DNA of 64,000 bases from Octopus vulgaris. Lineage: Eukaryota. The notes beneath the pieces were generated by a model that was not told the DNA's origin, ran no database searches, and saw only the letters and a list, made by a program, of their open reading frames with translations. The stretch spans positions 96,658,001 to 96,722,000 of the forward strand of contig OX597818.1 of NCBI GenBank assembly GCA_951406725.2. Reading direction: 5' to 3'. Below are positions 1 to 12,590 of this stretch, piece by piece. The stretch's first letter is position 1. Each line of letters begins with the position of its first letter. Both the position numbers and the translations under genes were made by a program.

Positions 1-3000
1 CCTCCTGTTAAAAGTGCTGATGAGATGAAGGGCTACCACTCGCTGCATACACAGAATGTAAAAAAAATGTTTCTATGTTATTTGGTGTCTATTTACAGAA
101 ACGCAAGCATACTTAGGTGAAAAAAGAGACTGATTCGTGCAAATTGTAAATAAAATCTTGTTACGAAAATAAAATGTTACTAGTTTCACTGATTGTTCAT
201 TCAGATTGAGGAAAGCTCCTGATTAGATTGTTGGATAAACATGCATCTACCATAACCTCAGGCCGACCAATGCATTGGGAGTGAATTTCAAAGATGAAAA
301 CTGTGTGGAAGCCCTCTATGTATGTATGTACGTATATATGCATGCATGTATTTATGTATTATGTATGTATGTATGTATGTATGTAATCCGGGAAGGTATG
401 CGCCGGCATGTAAAGTATGCATCTTAACTCAACGCGGTTCATCCTATTTCTTTAACAGCTACATCATCGAAGGATTTCAGTCAATCTCTTGAAAATAAAT
501 AAACACTTATAACTTATACAGTAATTCCAGTGCTTACAGAAAAGGTGATCTACTCTATAGGAGATTACTTGTGGCAAAAGTTACATGTTCTCGGAGAAAC
601 TCAAGGCGTCGACAAAATTCAGCTGCCTGTTTGACCCCGGAAGACTTTCGGTCAGGAACTTTGAATAATATGAAGAAATACCTGGTTTGCAGAACTACTG
701 AAATCCATTGCCATATATCGTCACAGCAAAGTGAATTGAGCCATCGAGAGTCAAGTATATTTACCGAAGATGCAACACTATTAATTACATGACACTTCTG
801 ATATTACTTTGCAGATTTTTTATATTGAAGCATTCAGAATTTTACTAAATCTCATTAACATTAACACAATTTATAGTTAAATTCTAGTTTTTACTAATTC
901 ATTCAGTCACGCTCTCTCGTCATATAGCTGCAATGCTTAATTAATTTAATCATCATTGGCAAAAGCTGTTCTTTGAATCATTAAATATATATTACAAAGA
1001 AGACAATGAGGCAAAATAATGACGGCGTACATTTCAATGTAGTGTGTTGACCTTTGATTTTTATATATGTTTTTCTATTACTTAACCAAAGGGTGAGGGA
1101 CAGTACCCATGATATTCGCCGTTTCATATGCTGAAGATATAACTGTAGTTGATTTTCAATTGAAGAATCTATAGCTCGTGACTCCTAGGGACGACGGAGA
1201 TAAGGAGAGGATCTAGCAGACAAACGTTCTGGGGAGGAATAATTAATTGTTCAGTGAGGGATCTGAGAAATAAGATACAGTTGATATCAAGAGAGAAAAG
1301 GCTTCGAGTAGGTGGAAGAAACAGGGAATCTACGAATAAGTGGCTGTTGTATGTTAGTGAGTGACTCTTTTCCTATCAATCGAACAGTTGTCTATTAGTT
1401 GCAATCCAGGTCTAGAATGTTTGTGTGCGGCATTAACACCGTCCCACGTATATGGATCGCCCTTGAGCTTTGTAAATTTTCAGAGAGTATTTCTGTCCTT
1501 TGGGATGCAAATTCGACTACCCGACCCGAGTATTGAAATGATGAAAAGTCTATGATCTTTTGAAAACCGGAAGGTAGATCAATGTCTCTAAAGACGAATA
1601 TCAGTGGTTTGGGCCAGGTTGCTGTCTACCTCATAGCGGGGATAGGATAGCCATAGTTCTCTAGGTTTTTGGAGTTCTTTCTGGGCATATTGGCGTCGTT
1701 AACTGTAATGAATGACTCGAAATGCATATCAGATGCGCATTATGATCGTGTAGAACTAGTGCTGAGGAGGGAGAAATGCAAGAGCTTTTAAAATATGATC
1801 AGATGATTCCCTCTATCCAACATATATCCACTGCACTACTCTGAATGCATCACCATGAGTTTTAGAAAATTGCAATGGATAGTTTAGATCGTACAAGCAG
1901 AGGTTACTTTCCAAAACAGTGCGTGAGAACAACGTACATAGTTAACACTTTCAACTCGTTGTCTACACAGATTACACTGAACACTCAACCAAAACATAAC
2001 ATATTGACAAGTACGCGCTTACTGAAAACCAAACGCACAAATTTTCCGGGCACAAAGCCAACAGGAACGATATTAACAAGCTTGCCTTGTGGCAATTGAT
2101 AGAGAAATTGTAAAACGAGATAATTGGTAGGTAGTTAGAGTAGAATCAGTAAGGTTGATAACACTAGCATGTCACTTCTACTTGACAAAAGTTTACGGAC
2201 ACAACGCCTATAGGGACAATATTATTGTGCTTGTCATACGGGAATTAATAGAGAAATTGTAAACAAGAAATAATAGGTGAGTAGTTAGAGTAGAGTCAGT
2301 AAGGTAAGTAACAGTAGGAAGTCATATCTTTGATGGAATGTTGTCTGCCAAAACATTAATAACAATAACTGGTATATTGACAGTAGTGTCTCTGTCATTG
2401 TAGGCAGAAATTTCCCAAAGGACACAGCTTGTGATATTTTGCTGTAACATTTATCATTGGTCTGTATGCTTACACTTCCGTATATTTCCCAGTGGACATG
2501 TTAACAAGCTTTAATATACTTAGTTATATATAACAGTTGTTGCTGCCGCAGTATATATTGTCCTACGACTTTACATCATTCCTGTTCTCTTTCATGAGGT
2601 TGCACTTCTCCTACCAGAATTCCACTATTCCTTTTTTTGTGCATTTTTGTTCCAGAGTTCTCAGAAATGCTTGGCTTTCTCACATCTTTTTTCGCCTGTA
2701 TTTTCGTAAATCTAACGGAAAGGATATTGGTTAATTAAGAATACATTAAGGTTTTGCAATGAAATGTATGAAATATTGTTTCTGTGAACTTTCTATGTTC
2801 ATTTTCTATTTAAGATTTTATTCTCTTCTTATTTTTGCATCGACCTTTTACTTATTCCATTGAAGCACAACAATAATGTGGGAGGTGAAAGAATCTTCTG
2901 CTCATATTTAGTTGTATGAGCATGTGACATCCTCTTTCATTTATTACCTTATCGCTTCCTTTTGTAGCTTCTGCAAGAACAAAAGCCATGTACAAAAGCA

Positions 3001-3099
3001 TTCGGGGTAGCAAAAGCATAATTCTCCCTAATTTCCATACCTCAGGCAGATCCGAATATTTCTGAGATTCTTCTTTAAATTTCAACGTGAAAAGATGAC

Positions 3100-3242
3100 G
3101 CCAGTCCATCGCAGCTGGAGTGGAGAAACGTGAAATGACGTGTTTTGCTCAAGAACACAACGCGTCGCCCGGTCCAGGAATCGAAACCACAATCTAATGA
3201 TTATGTTGCTGACACCCTAACCACTAAGCCACGCGCCTCCAC
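3100..3242 (-). mobile_element. tRNA-derived SINE, family B (5' part)
   Basis: The minus strand reads GTGGAGGCGCGTGGCTTAGTGGTTAGGG...GGTTTCGATTCCTGGACCGGGCG, with Pol III A- and B-box-like motifs. Near-identical copies lie at 28912-29142 and 36828-37074. Confidence 0.8.
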
Positions 3243-3320
<78 letters not shown>

Positions 3321-3321
3321 T

Positions 3322-3396
<75 letters not shown>

Positions 3397-3420
3397 AAAC
3401 AGAAGAAGAAGAAGAAGAAG
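3243..3420. repeat. (GTA)n microsatellite followed by (GAA)n
   Basis: Directly visible; it is the source of the poly-V/T/Y/L ORFs. Confidence 0.98.
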
Positions 3421-4549
3421 AGTATATGATGGCATAATTGCAATTGGCTGGGTGGTGATTAATAAAATAATCTCTCATATTTATATCGTTGTTCCTGTGA
3501 AAAAACTGTTCCTCACCCACTCAGTACACACGCATACGGCTGTTGTACGTTCAACACCACTCCTAGACATCCTGGCTTCCTTCTTCCAACTATAGCCATT
3601 ATCATCATAGCCGTTATCATTATCGTTTATTTATTTATTTTCTGGAAAGTGTATTGCGATTCTTGGCATCAAATGAAGACAGAACGTAAGTAATAATAAT
3701 CTAGAAGTAAAAGAAAGAAAAAATAATACACAAGAAAGCCAAAGAAAAAGAAAGGATTACAAAAATGAAAGATAATAATAGAAAAAAAAAAGAAAGAAAT
3801 AGCGGCCACTAAATTGTTCTTCTGGAACCTTCAGTATGACCTTAATAATTCCTCAAAGTTAGATTTAACAATACCAAACGTTTGCCAATACGAGAGAAAA
3901 AAATTATCACTTTTGACTTTGCAGTTATTTTTATGTTTTCCTGGAAATATCATCATTATCGTCATCATTATTGCTATTATTATTATATGAAATATTGTAC
4001 GTGCAAACTTCCTGTCCTCCGATGTTAGTCGGCGGGGATGATGTTATTATAAGCTTGTATGTGTACTGAGAGTCGCCGACAAAGTTGAAACTATCTTCAT
4101 AAACGTAGGAAATTGCTATCCATCTGCAAACAAGAGTTATCGGAAGCAAACACCGCTTTCAATCCTAGACAAGCATCGAGATAGAAAGAAAGAAATTTAT
4201 ATAATGTAAAGTCATAACGATTGGTTAGCGCGATGAAAAAAGAATCGTCGCACTGCCCACTTTTCATTTTATATATTTTATCTATGCTATAAAAGATATT
4301 GTTATACAGTACCGGAGCTCTTATCCGGCTTCCAGAAATCCGGGAATACTGTACAATATCGTGTAATATACTGTATCCAGCATTAAGTAAACGCACCTTG
4401 TTTTTTAATGTGGTCAACTTGCAACTGTGTGTTAAAAATAGTTTTGTCCTTTATTTTCTAAGTGGATTGGGAAAGATTAAACACACCCAGCTTTAGATAA
4501 GTATCAATTTATTTTTGTCAATGAAATAAAATCCTGTTTTAGACATGTA

Positions 4550-4751
4550 CGTGGGGATACTGAAAAGCTCCTGGCTTTAAGGGTATCGCGAATGGCTTGG
4601 GTTGGAGGCCCAACCTTCCGAGTTCTTCTACAGGGCTTAGAAAAACTGAAAGACTGCTGCAATGAGGGGAATATGTTATATAAAATTATAACTAACTGAT
4701 CCTCCTGTGTTTTCTTTTACCCAAATCCAGGAACTTTTCAGCATCCCCTCG
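4550..4751. mobile_element. mariner-like MITE (~200 bp)
   Basis: 25-bp TIRs: CGTGGGGATACTGAAAAGCTCCTGG (4550-4574) vs the reverse complement of 4727-4751, CGAGGGGATGCTGAAAAGTTCCTGG (22/25). TA on the left, AA on the right. Confidence 0.75.
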
Positions 4752-5566
4752 AATTCAGAGTCTCTTGAAAATTGGAAAATCCAGAAATCCGGGTCACTAT
4801 TGGTCCCAAGCTTGATGATATTTGGTCTGATACTGTATTTTGGAAGAAATCATAAGTGATTAAGGCCATAAATATACTCACCAGTTGTTTGTCTATTATT
4901 CACTACTCTTTATTTTCAAAATTGTCAGGAAAAAATTTTTGCAGTGTATGTAACCATTCGGTAAGCTACAGACTGGTGTAGCGAGAAATATTTTGGGGAA
5001 CGGTTTTAAAGAAGAAAGAGAAATAAAACAGAGATAAATAATACGTCAGTGTGTTTTTCAAGCTTTATTAATTACGAGCAAAACGCCCCCCCCCCCCGTC
5101 CAATGGACGGTGCTGAGTTGTCAAATATTTAAACCAAATTTTCTCAAAACAACTTGTCCGATCGTCCCATAGGCCTCCCCTTTGAGAAACACTGATTTAA
5201 CCTAAATTTGAGACACCAGCAAAAGAAGAAATAAAGATAGACTTTTTTCTATTCACACAAATATACAACCGAAGGGTTTAAAGTACCAGTAATGATAAGG
5301 CTGTTGACTGGAGAACACAAACATGGTTTAAACAGTAAGCTTGGCAGGAAACAAACGAGTTATCTTTCCATTAAAAAATAATAAAGTATGCCTTTATTTC
5401 AATTTAATTTTTGGTTTTGTTAAACGAAGTTAAGGCAAAAAAAAAAAATTCTTGAGAAACCAAATAGTCTTTCCTTCCTTCATGCCAAGTTTGAAGAAAA
5501 TATCTCTTTTGAATCTTACTTTTTTTGGTCTCTTAAATATACTGCATTTTGTGACATTATTTCAAA

Positions 5567-5841
5567 CCAGCCGGCTTTTTTGCGCAAAATGCACGTGCAT
5601 TTTTCTCGCGTACGTGTAGTATCGATCGCAACAGCTGAAGTACTTGCGCGTACAAATGCACGTTCCCAGTGTTTTATCGATCGCATTCTCACCTTTGTAA
5701 TATTTGTAATTTTTTAAAGACTTATACACGCCCTGATACCGTCGGTATCTGCATATCAAATTTGAGCGCAATCAGGTGGAGGATGCCCGAGATCCTAAAA
5801 GATACACACAAAGACAGACAGAACGAATTTCATATAATAGA
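5567..5841 (-). mobile_element. non-autonomous Helitron-type element (275 bp)
   Basis: The minus strand starts A|TCTATTATATG and ends CTGG|T (TC...CTRR between A and T). Subterminal 18-bp palindrome AAAATGCACGTGCATTTT at 5586-5603. Confidence 0.6.
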
Positions 5842-6134
5842 TTATTTTTTCCCCACATATAACAGCATTGGTTTCAACGAAGATTCCATATCAAACTTGT
5901 TGCAAAACAAATTCAAAATCAAATTATTTGAAAGACTTTCTAATAAATCTTTCAATATGCGTGTAATCCTGCTGTAGAAAGTGTAATAGCATCAAAGTGC
6001 GTGTAATCCGTAGGTAAAAGTGTAATAGCATCAGCAGAATAACGCTTGAAAGAGTTTTACGTATAAAATATATATACATTTCAGAAGGAGCCAAATATTA
6101 ACCTGGACATCTGGATGACGAGTTATCTTCGCAA

Positions 6135-6320
<186 letters not shown>

Positions 6321-6423
6321 ATATGGATGGATATATATGTGTGTATAAATATATATATATATGTATATATAAGTATAGGAAAGAATGGAGCTGAACGAAG
6401 ATTTAACAAAATTCCTTTATTTT

Positions 6424-6509
6424 ATTTTCGACATATGTTTCGAAGTCTGCAAAATCCCTAATTCCGAATGAATAAGGAGTCCATTATGCAGCTTTCTCTT
6501 CAGGAAAAT
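6424..6509 (-). ncRNA. type I hammerhead ribozyme with canonical core, within a ~415-bp Penelope-like terminal-repeat fragment (6371-6785)
   Basis: Minus strand: ATTTTC CTGAAGA GAAAGCTGCA-35nt-TGCAGACTTC GAAA CATATGT C GAAAAT. Stem I is 6 bp, the core is CUGANGA/GAAA, stem III is the palindrome ACATATGT, and the cleavage triplet is GUC. Confidence 0.8.
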
Positions 6510-6794
6510 CCAGGAACTTCTTTTGCCAACAAAATGCACAACAAATTTTTAGATGACTGCTCACGAGGAGCCCATAGCGATAATGATAAATAATGTCTAT
6601 TTATAGGGGGTGAAGTCAGATTGGTTTAATGTAGGAGAAACTGGCAGTTAAAGGGTTCAAGGGTTCAATCGAGGTTGGAGAAGGGAGGTAAAGAATATTA
6701 AGTTGAGGGAATGTATTCTGTTTGACTGGTGTTTATATTTGATTTATTTTATGAATGAATGCTCGTACGAGCACTCATTCATAAATATATATAA

Positions 6795-6879
<85 letters not shown>

Positions 6880-6930
6880 TTATAATAATAATAATATTAT
6901 AATAATAATAATATTATAATAATAATAATA
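6795..6930. repeat. (TAA)n tract, left flank of the Dong-like element
   Basis: Directly visible. Confidence 0.97.
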
Positions 6931-7114
6931 TCTGTCTAAGAGAAGAGCGCCAGCCTTGACAGCGGCTGGACGTGTTCCTCAGTGCTCTGACAGTTCGGTG
7001 GCTGAAAGCCATAGAAACACTAATATGGGCCAGTTTAGCAACGGGGAAAAATAACTCTCAAAGACTGGAACATCTACAATACCTCGTGAGTATTTGAAAT
7101 TCTCTTCAAAGTGG

Positions 7115-8182
7115 GTTAAGAAATTTACAAATTTACATATCTGCAGCTTTCAAACATACATCCGATCGGCCTTAAAAACTTTAATACCCACAACTGCCTC
7201 TGTAAGCACCCTTTTTTTTCTTCTCTCTAAAAATATCACGCTTTTCTTTTTGTGGACTTGCAAAACCCTAAAACTTTCTATGAAAATCTGACTTTTCTTT
7301 GCTTCCTCCCTGAATATTCAAATATAAATGTAAACATATACTTTTTATTGTAAAAACACACCTGTAAACATATACTCTTTATTGCAAAACACACCTGTTC
7401 CTCTAACTGGACATACAAACATCTCTAGAGGGGTCAACTTCAACCTCCACAATATTACCTTGCACGAAATATACAAACACTTTTTATTGCAATAACACAA
7501 ACGCACATGGAAAAAATAATGATGCTAAGATTCTCTCTGGTCGAACACAGCTTCTCTATTCACAAATAATACAGAATAGCCCTTCAAAATAAGCACGAAA
7601 TATACAAACATTTTTTTATTGCAATAACACAAACGCACATGGAAAAAATAATGATGCTAAGATTCTCTCTGGTCGAACACAGCTTCTCTATTCACAAATA
7701 ATACAGAACAGCCCTTCAAAATAAGTTAAGAAAATTTACAAATTTACATATCTACAGTTTTCAATCATACATTCGACCAGCTTTAAAAACTTTGATACCC
7801 ACAATTGCCTCTGGAAACATCCTTTTTTTTTCTTCTCTCTAAAAACATCACGCTTTTCTTTTTTTTTTCTTTTTATGGACTTACAAAACCCTAAAACTTT
7901 CTATGAAAATCTGACTTTTCTTTGCTTCCTCCCTGAATATTCAAATATAAATGTAAACATATACTTTTTATTGTAAAAACACACCTGTTCTTCTAACTGG
8001 ACATACAAACATCTCTAGAAAAGTCAACTTCAACCTCCACAATATTACCTTACAGGAAATATACAAACACTTTTTATCGCAATAACACAAACGCACGTGG
8101 AAAAAAAAAAAAATGATGATGCTACGATTCTCTCTGGTCGAACACAACTTCTCTATTCACAAACAATACAGAACCGCCCTTC
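7115..8182 (+). repeat. tandem duplication A(7115-7593) a'(7594-7725) A(7726-8182)
   Basis: The ~470-bp unit starting GTTAAGAAATTTACAAATTTACATATCT is repeated. An extra ~132-bp copy of its end (CACGAAATATACAAAC...CCCTTCAAAATAAG) lies between the two units. Confidence 0.9.
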
Positions 8183-8602
8183 CTTAATTTTTTCTTAAGC
8201 CTAATAGTAGTAAACATCTGAACTTTTTTTGACCGATAGGACCGCACCTAAAGAAAGAAAAAAAAAGACAGTCAGCCAGCCAACCACCAAGCCAGCCAAC
8301 GAGACAGACAGACACTACTGTGATGGTGATAATGATAAAAAAAAACAAAAATAACAATAATAAGATACTGCTGTGACTACACATAAAACAATATCATTGA
8401 TGATGATGGTGGTGGTGATGATGATAATGATGATGGTAATGGTGGCGATAATGATGATAGTGATGGTAATGGTGATGATAATAACAATAATAAGCCGACT
8501 ACGGCTGCTATAATGGTACGATTATAATTGTAACGGCAATGATGGCCGTCTCCCCACGAGCCAATCAAAGCTAAAAAATGATAACATTATCGTAGCACCA
8601 AA

Positions 8603-11600
8603 ATGTTTTTGGAAACTAAAAGGAAAACTAAATCAGTATACCAAATCGCTTGTCCTATGGTTAATCTGGAAGCGCGTCCCACAGGGAAGAGCCAGCCTGG
8701 GATCGAAAAGTCATCAACTGGCACAAACTCTTCTCCGAATACGGACATGGATGGTCACTTGAACGGGAAATCCCCCAACTCGAGCCCTCCAAGTTCACCA
8801 CCACAACCACCACAGAAAGAAAAATGTAAGCGGAACAAATGAACCCGAGAAGAGTATAAAGAAGTAATTTACGCGTATTACTATGCATTAGGTAGGCCAT
8901 CTCAAGAGAGACACACCGCAAACTCTTACAGTATATGGAGAACACGGAATCAAGACAGTAGGTCCTATTTAGACGAGAACAAATTAGCAAATGTGAGGAG
9001 GGATATCTTTAGAAATAACAGACTCACAGACAGTGAAATAAGCGCGATCAAGCACGCAACGGAAAATGACATAAATATAAGACACAAAGGAAATGAAGAA
9101 TCAGATGAACAGTATAGCCCGCCACGAGGCTTATTTGAAAGACTGCCATCTGACCAAAGTACGCAAAGGCCTGAAGATACAAGAAATTCTATTGTACCTG
9201 TTAAAGATAGCCAGGAAAACGAAAGAACAACAGTAACTGAAGATCTCGCATTTGCTGAAGAACACAGAGAGTCTATAGCAGAAATGAGGCAGAAAATCCT
9301 GAATACGCTTGAAGTTGTAAAACATACAAGTATGAATGATAGAGAACCGCTTCATAAACTCTCAAATACAAACCAAAATAAAAAACAAATCCAAATTGGC
9401 AACTATGTAACAAATGAAATAATACGAGAATTAAAACCTGATTTTACTGAGTTAAATGAAATTATTTACGCTTCTGCTAGGGCAATTGAAACCAGCTGTA
9501 TGCCCCCGAAAAAACAAAGAAAACAAAACCTGGGAAGAAATCAAACCTGGAGAAGTAAAATTGAAAAAGAGATTGAATTTATGAGAGGGGAAATATCAAT
9601 ATTAAATGAACTAATATGTGGAAATGATGTAAGATCCAGAACAGGAAGAAAGATGAAGAGAAAATTTGGATCCTCACCAAGAGAAGAACTGATATCAATA
9701 AAAGAAACGCTGAAACAAAAAGTCCAAGCAAAAGCCCAAAGAATACGAAGATTTGAGAAGAGAAACAAGTTTTACAAGCAAAATAAGCTGTTCATATCCA
9801 ATGCCAAAAAATTCTACAGAGAAATAGGGAAGGAGAAAGTAACCGTTAAAGACCCCCTCCCATGGAAGAAGTTCAAAACTTTTGGAAAAGGATTTGGAGT
9901 GACAAGAAGACGTACAACATAAATGCAGACTGGATTATACAAACTGAAGGATCCTACCAAAATTTACAACAACAAGCATGGGAAGACATCACAATAGCAG
10001 ACCTAAGAAAGGCACTCACGAAGGCCCATAATTGGAAATCCCCCGGTAAAGATAGGGTGCCGAATTTCTGGCTCGCATCGCTCCCGTGCGCACACGGTAA
10101 GCTAGTTCAGCTGCTCAATGGAATTATGAGAGACCCAAAGAAAACACCTGAATGGTTAGCAAGTGGCATTACTTACCTACTCCCAAAGAATAACGAAACC
10201 AACCTTCCAAAAAACTATCGGCCTATAACCTGTCTATCCACCACGTATAAAATCCTAACATCTATCCTGGCGGAGAAAACATATGCATTCATGGAGAAGA
10301 ACGATATTTTCCCCATTGAACAAAAAGGGTGCCGCCGAGGCTCTTACGGATGCAAAGATCAACTGCTAATCAATCGTATGATCCTTGAGAACTGTCACAA
10401 CAAGCGCAGAAATCTCAGCACCGCATGGATTGACTATAAAAAGGCCTTCGACAGTATACCGCATCCATGGATCTTGAGATCGCTGGACATCTTCAAAATT
10501 TCCCCTGTGATTTCAAACTTCCTGAAGCACAATATGTCGTTGTGGAATACGAATCTCCAATTATACCACTCTAATGGAGTACTTGCCTCAGAAAATATAA
10601 ACATCAACTGTGGAATTTTTCAAGGTGACTCACTTTCACCTTTAATATTCTGCATAGCCCTAATACCCCTTACAAGTGAATTAAACAGAACAGGGTATGA
10701 GTATAAAATTGCCAATAAAAAAAAGCCATCTATTTTATATGGATGACTTAAAACTTTATGGTAAAGACAATAATGAACTTGAAGGCCTATTGCGCACCGT
10801 GAAATCATTCAGCGATGACATCGGGATGGAGTTTGGACTTGAGAAGTGTGCCAAGGCCACTTTCCAGAAAGGGAAAGTGAAGACCACAAATTCAGTCGTG
10901 TTAGATGTTGACACAGTCATAAGAGAGCTTGAGCAAGAACAAACATACAAATATTTAGGGATAAATGAAGGCTCTGGTATTCAGCTTGCAAGCATGAAAG
11001 AGAAAATCAGGAAGGAATGTTATAGGAGAGTTCGTGCAGTCCTGAAATCTGAACTAAATGCACGTAACAAGGTGTTAGCTATAAATTCCCTAGCAGTTCC
11101 AGTTGTTACTTATAGCTACAATGTGTTGAACTGGAATATGAGTGAAGTAAAGAATATAGATAGAAAAATACGCAAGCTGCTGAGTTGTAATAGGATGCAC
11201 CACCCAAAGGCAGACGTAGATCGCCTTTACCTTTCCAGAGCCCAAGGAGGTCGAGGCCTGATCCAATTTGAACTAGCTTACAAAACAACCACAATTGGAC
11301 TGGCCAAATATCTCGAAATATCGAATGATTGGATGCTAAAGCTCGTGGAAAATCACGAGAGACGAAAGAAGCTTCATTCTATCATCAAGGAAAGCAAAAA
11401 ATTTGCTATTGATCTCGTGCAGGATACCCAAACTAAACAACCCGAGGGAAGTACGGCAACTATTGCTGCAAAGAAGGTGAAAATGATGGCAATGAAAAAA
11501 GCGCACGAGCAATTGGCTGATAGGTGGGAGGAGAAACCTCTGCACGGCAAATATGTGACCCGCAGCAAACAAGCTGATGTTGACCAGAAGCAAACCCATC

Positions 11601-12289
11601 AGTGGCTGCGGAGCTCAGGGCTAAAAGCAGAGAGCGAAGGTTTCATCCTGGCTGCTCAAGACCAAAGCCTATCAACCCGGAACTACCAGGCCAATGTGAT
11701 GAAAAATGGAGCAGACCCAAAATGCCGATTCTGCAACGACATGATTGAAACAGTGGACCACCTAATCTCTGGATGTAAAGTCTTAGCACCAGTGGAGTAT
11801 AAATTAAGACATGACAGAGTTGGCCAATATCTCCACTGGCTAATAAGTCGGCATTACAATATCAAAACTGCCGACAAATGGTATAATCACCACCCTGAGG
11901 CTGTAACTGAAGGAGAAAATGTAACCATTCTGTGGGACTTTCCAGTACATACAGACCGAACCATCAAGGCCAATAAACCAGATATTGTTGTGAAAGACCA
12001 AAACAATAAAGTTTGCTTATTGATCGACATGAGCATCCCCTGTGATCAGAATATCTCAGCGAAAGAGTTTGACAAGCTCAGAAAATATAAAGACCTACTC
12101 ATTGAAATTGAGAAAATGTGGCATCTCAAGGCGGTAACAATACCAGTGATCGTAGGAGCACTAGGAATGATCAAGAAGGGAACCGAAAATTATATGAGAA
12201 TGATCCCTGGCTTACCATCCCTGCAAGAAGTGCAAAAGATTGTCTTAACTGGTACATCACACGTATTGAGAAGAGCATTGTCGATGTGA
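8603..12289 (+). pseudogene. Dong/R4 polyprotein ORF with one stop (TGA 8840-8842) and two frameshifts (~9855, ~10720)
   Basis: 8603 and 8993 are in frame (KRNK*TREEYKEVIYAYY). RT motifs: NYRPITCL, WIDYKKAFDS, GIFQGDSLSP, HLFYMDDLKLY. C-terminus: CRFCNDMIETVDHLISGC, RHD, KPDIVV, LIDMSIP, KLRKY. Confidence 0.92.
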
Positions 12290-12462
12290 GAACTGTTGCT
12301 GCTCATGCATTTTAATTTAACTTTAAAAAAAAAAATTTTAAAAAATGAACGAACTACTGAGTTTGGTTTAATGGCCTACCAATATACACTGAGTTTCTTT
12401 GCCCTAGGAGTCGGGAAGACACTCTGCAAGAAATGGAAGAAAATTTGAAAGAAGAAAAAAAA

Positions 12463-12464
<2 letters not shown>

Positions 12465-12506
<42 letters not shown>

Positions 12507-12544
12507 TGATGATGATAATAATAATAATGATTTTGATAATAATC

Positions 12545-12590
<46 letters not shown>
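12465..12590. repeat. (TAA)n tract, right flank or tail of the Dong-like element
   Basis: Directly visible. Confidence 0.97.

Larger units (their letters stand above)
6931..12464 (+). mobile_element. R4/Dong-clade non-LTR retrotransposon (RT + restriction-like endonuclease), near full length
   Basis: Single interrupted ORF with RT and C-terminal CCHC/RLE motifs, followed by a short 3' UTR running into (TAA)n. The 5' boundary at the left TAA tract is inferred; the element could instead start near 8520. Confidence 0.8.

Noticed and set aside
1100-1880. Possible decayed LINE endonuclease region on the minus strand
   Set aside because: Only vague similarity with many stops; no motif I can support.
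2090-2330. ~85-bp imperfect direct repeat; similar small duplications at 5958-6033, 27262-27324 and 28761-28815
   Set aside because: Ordinary local tandem duplications with no spacer-repeat regularity.
6931-7035. Canonical HDV-like or type III hammerhead ribozyme call
   Set aside because: P2/P3/L3 could not be assigned for HDV. For a hammerhead, the core reads CTGACAG (no G8/A9) and there is no stem I. Kept only as a structured candidate.
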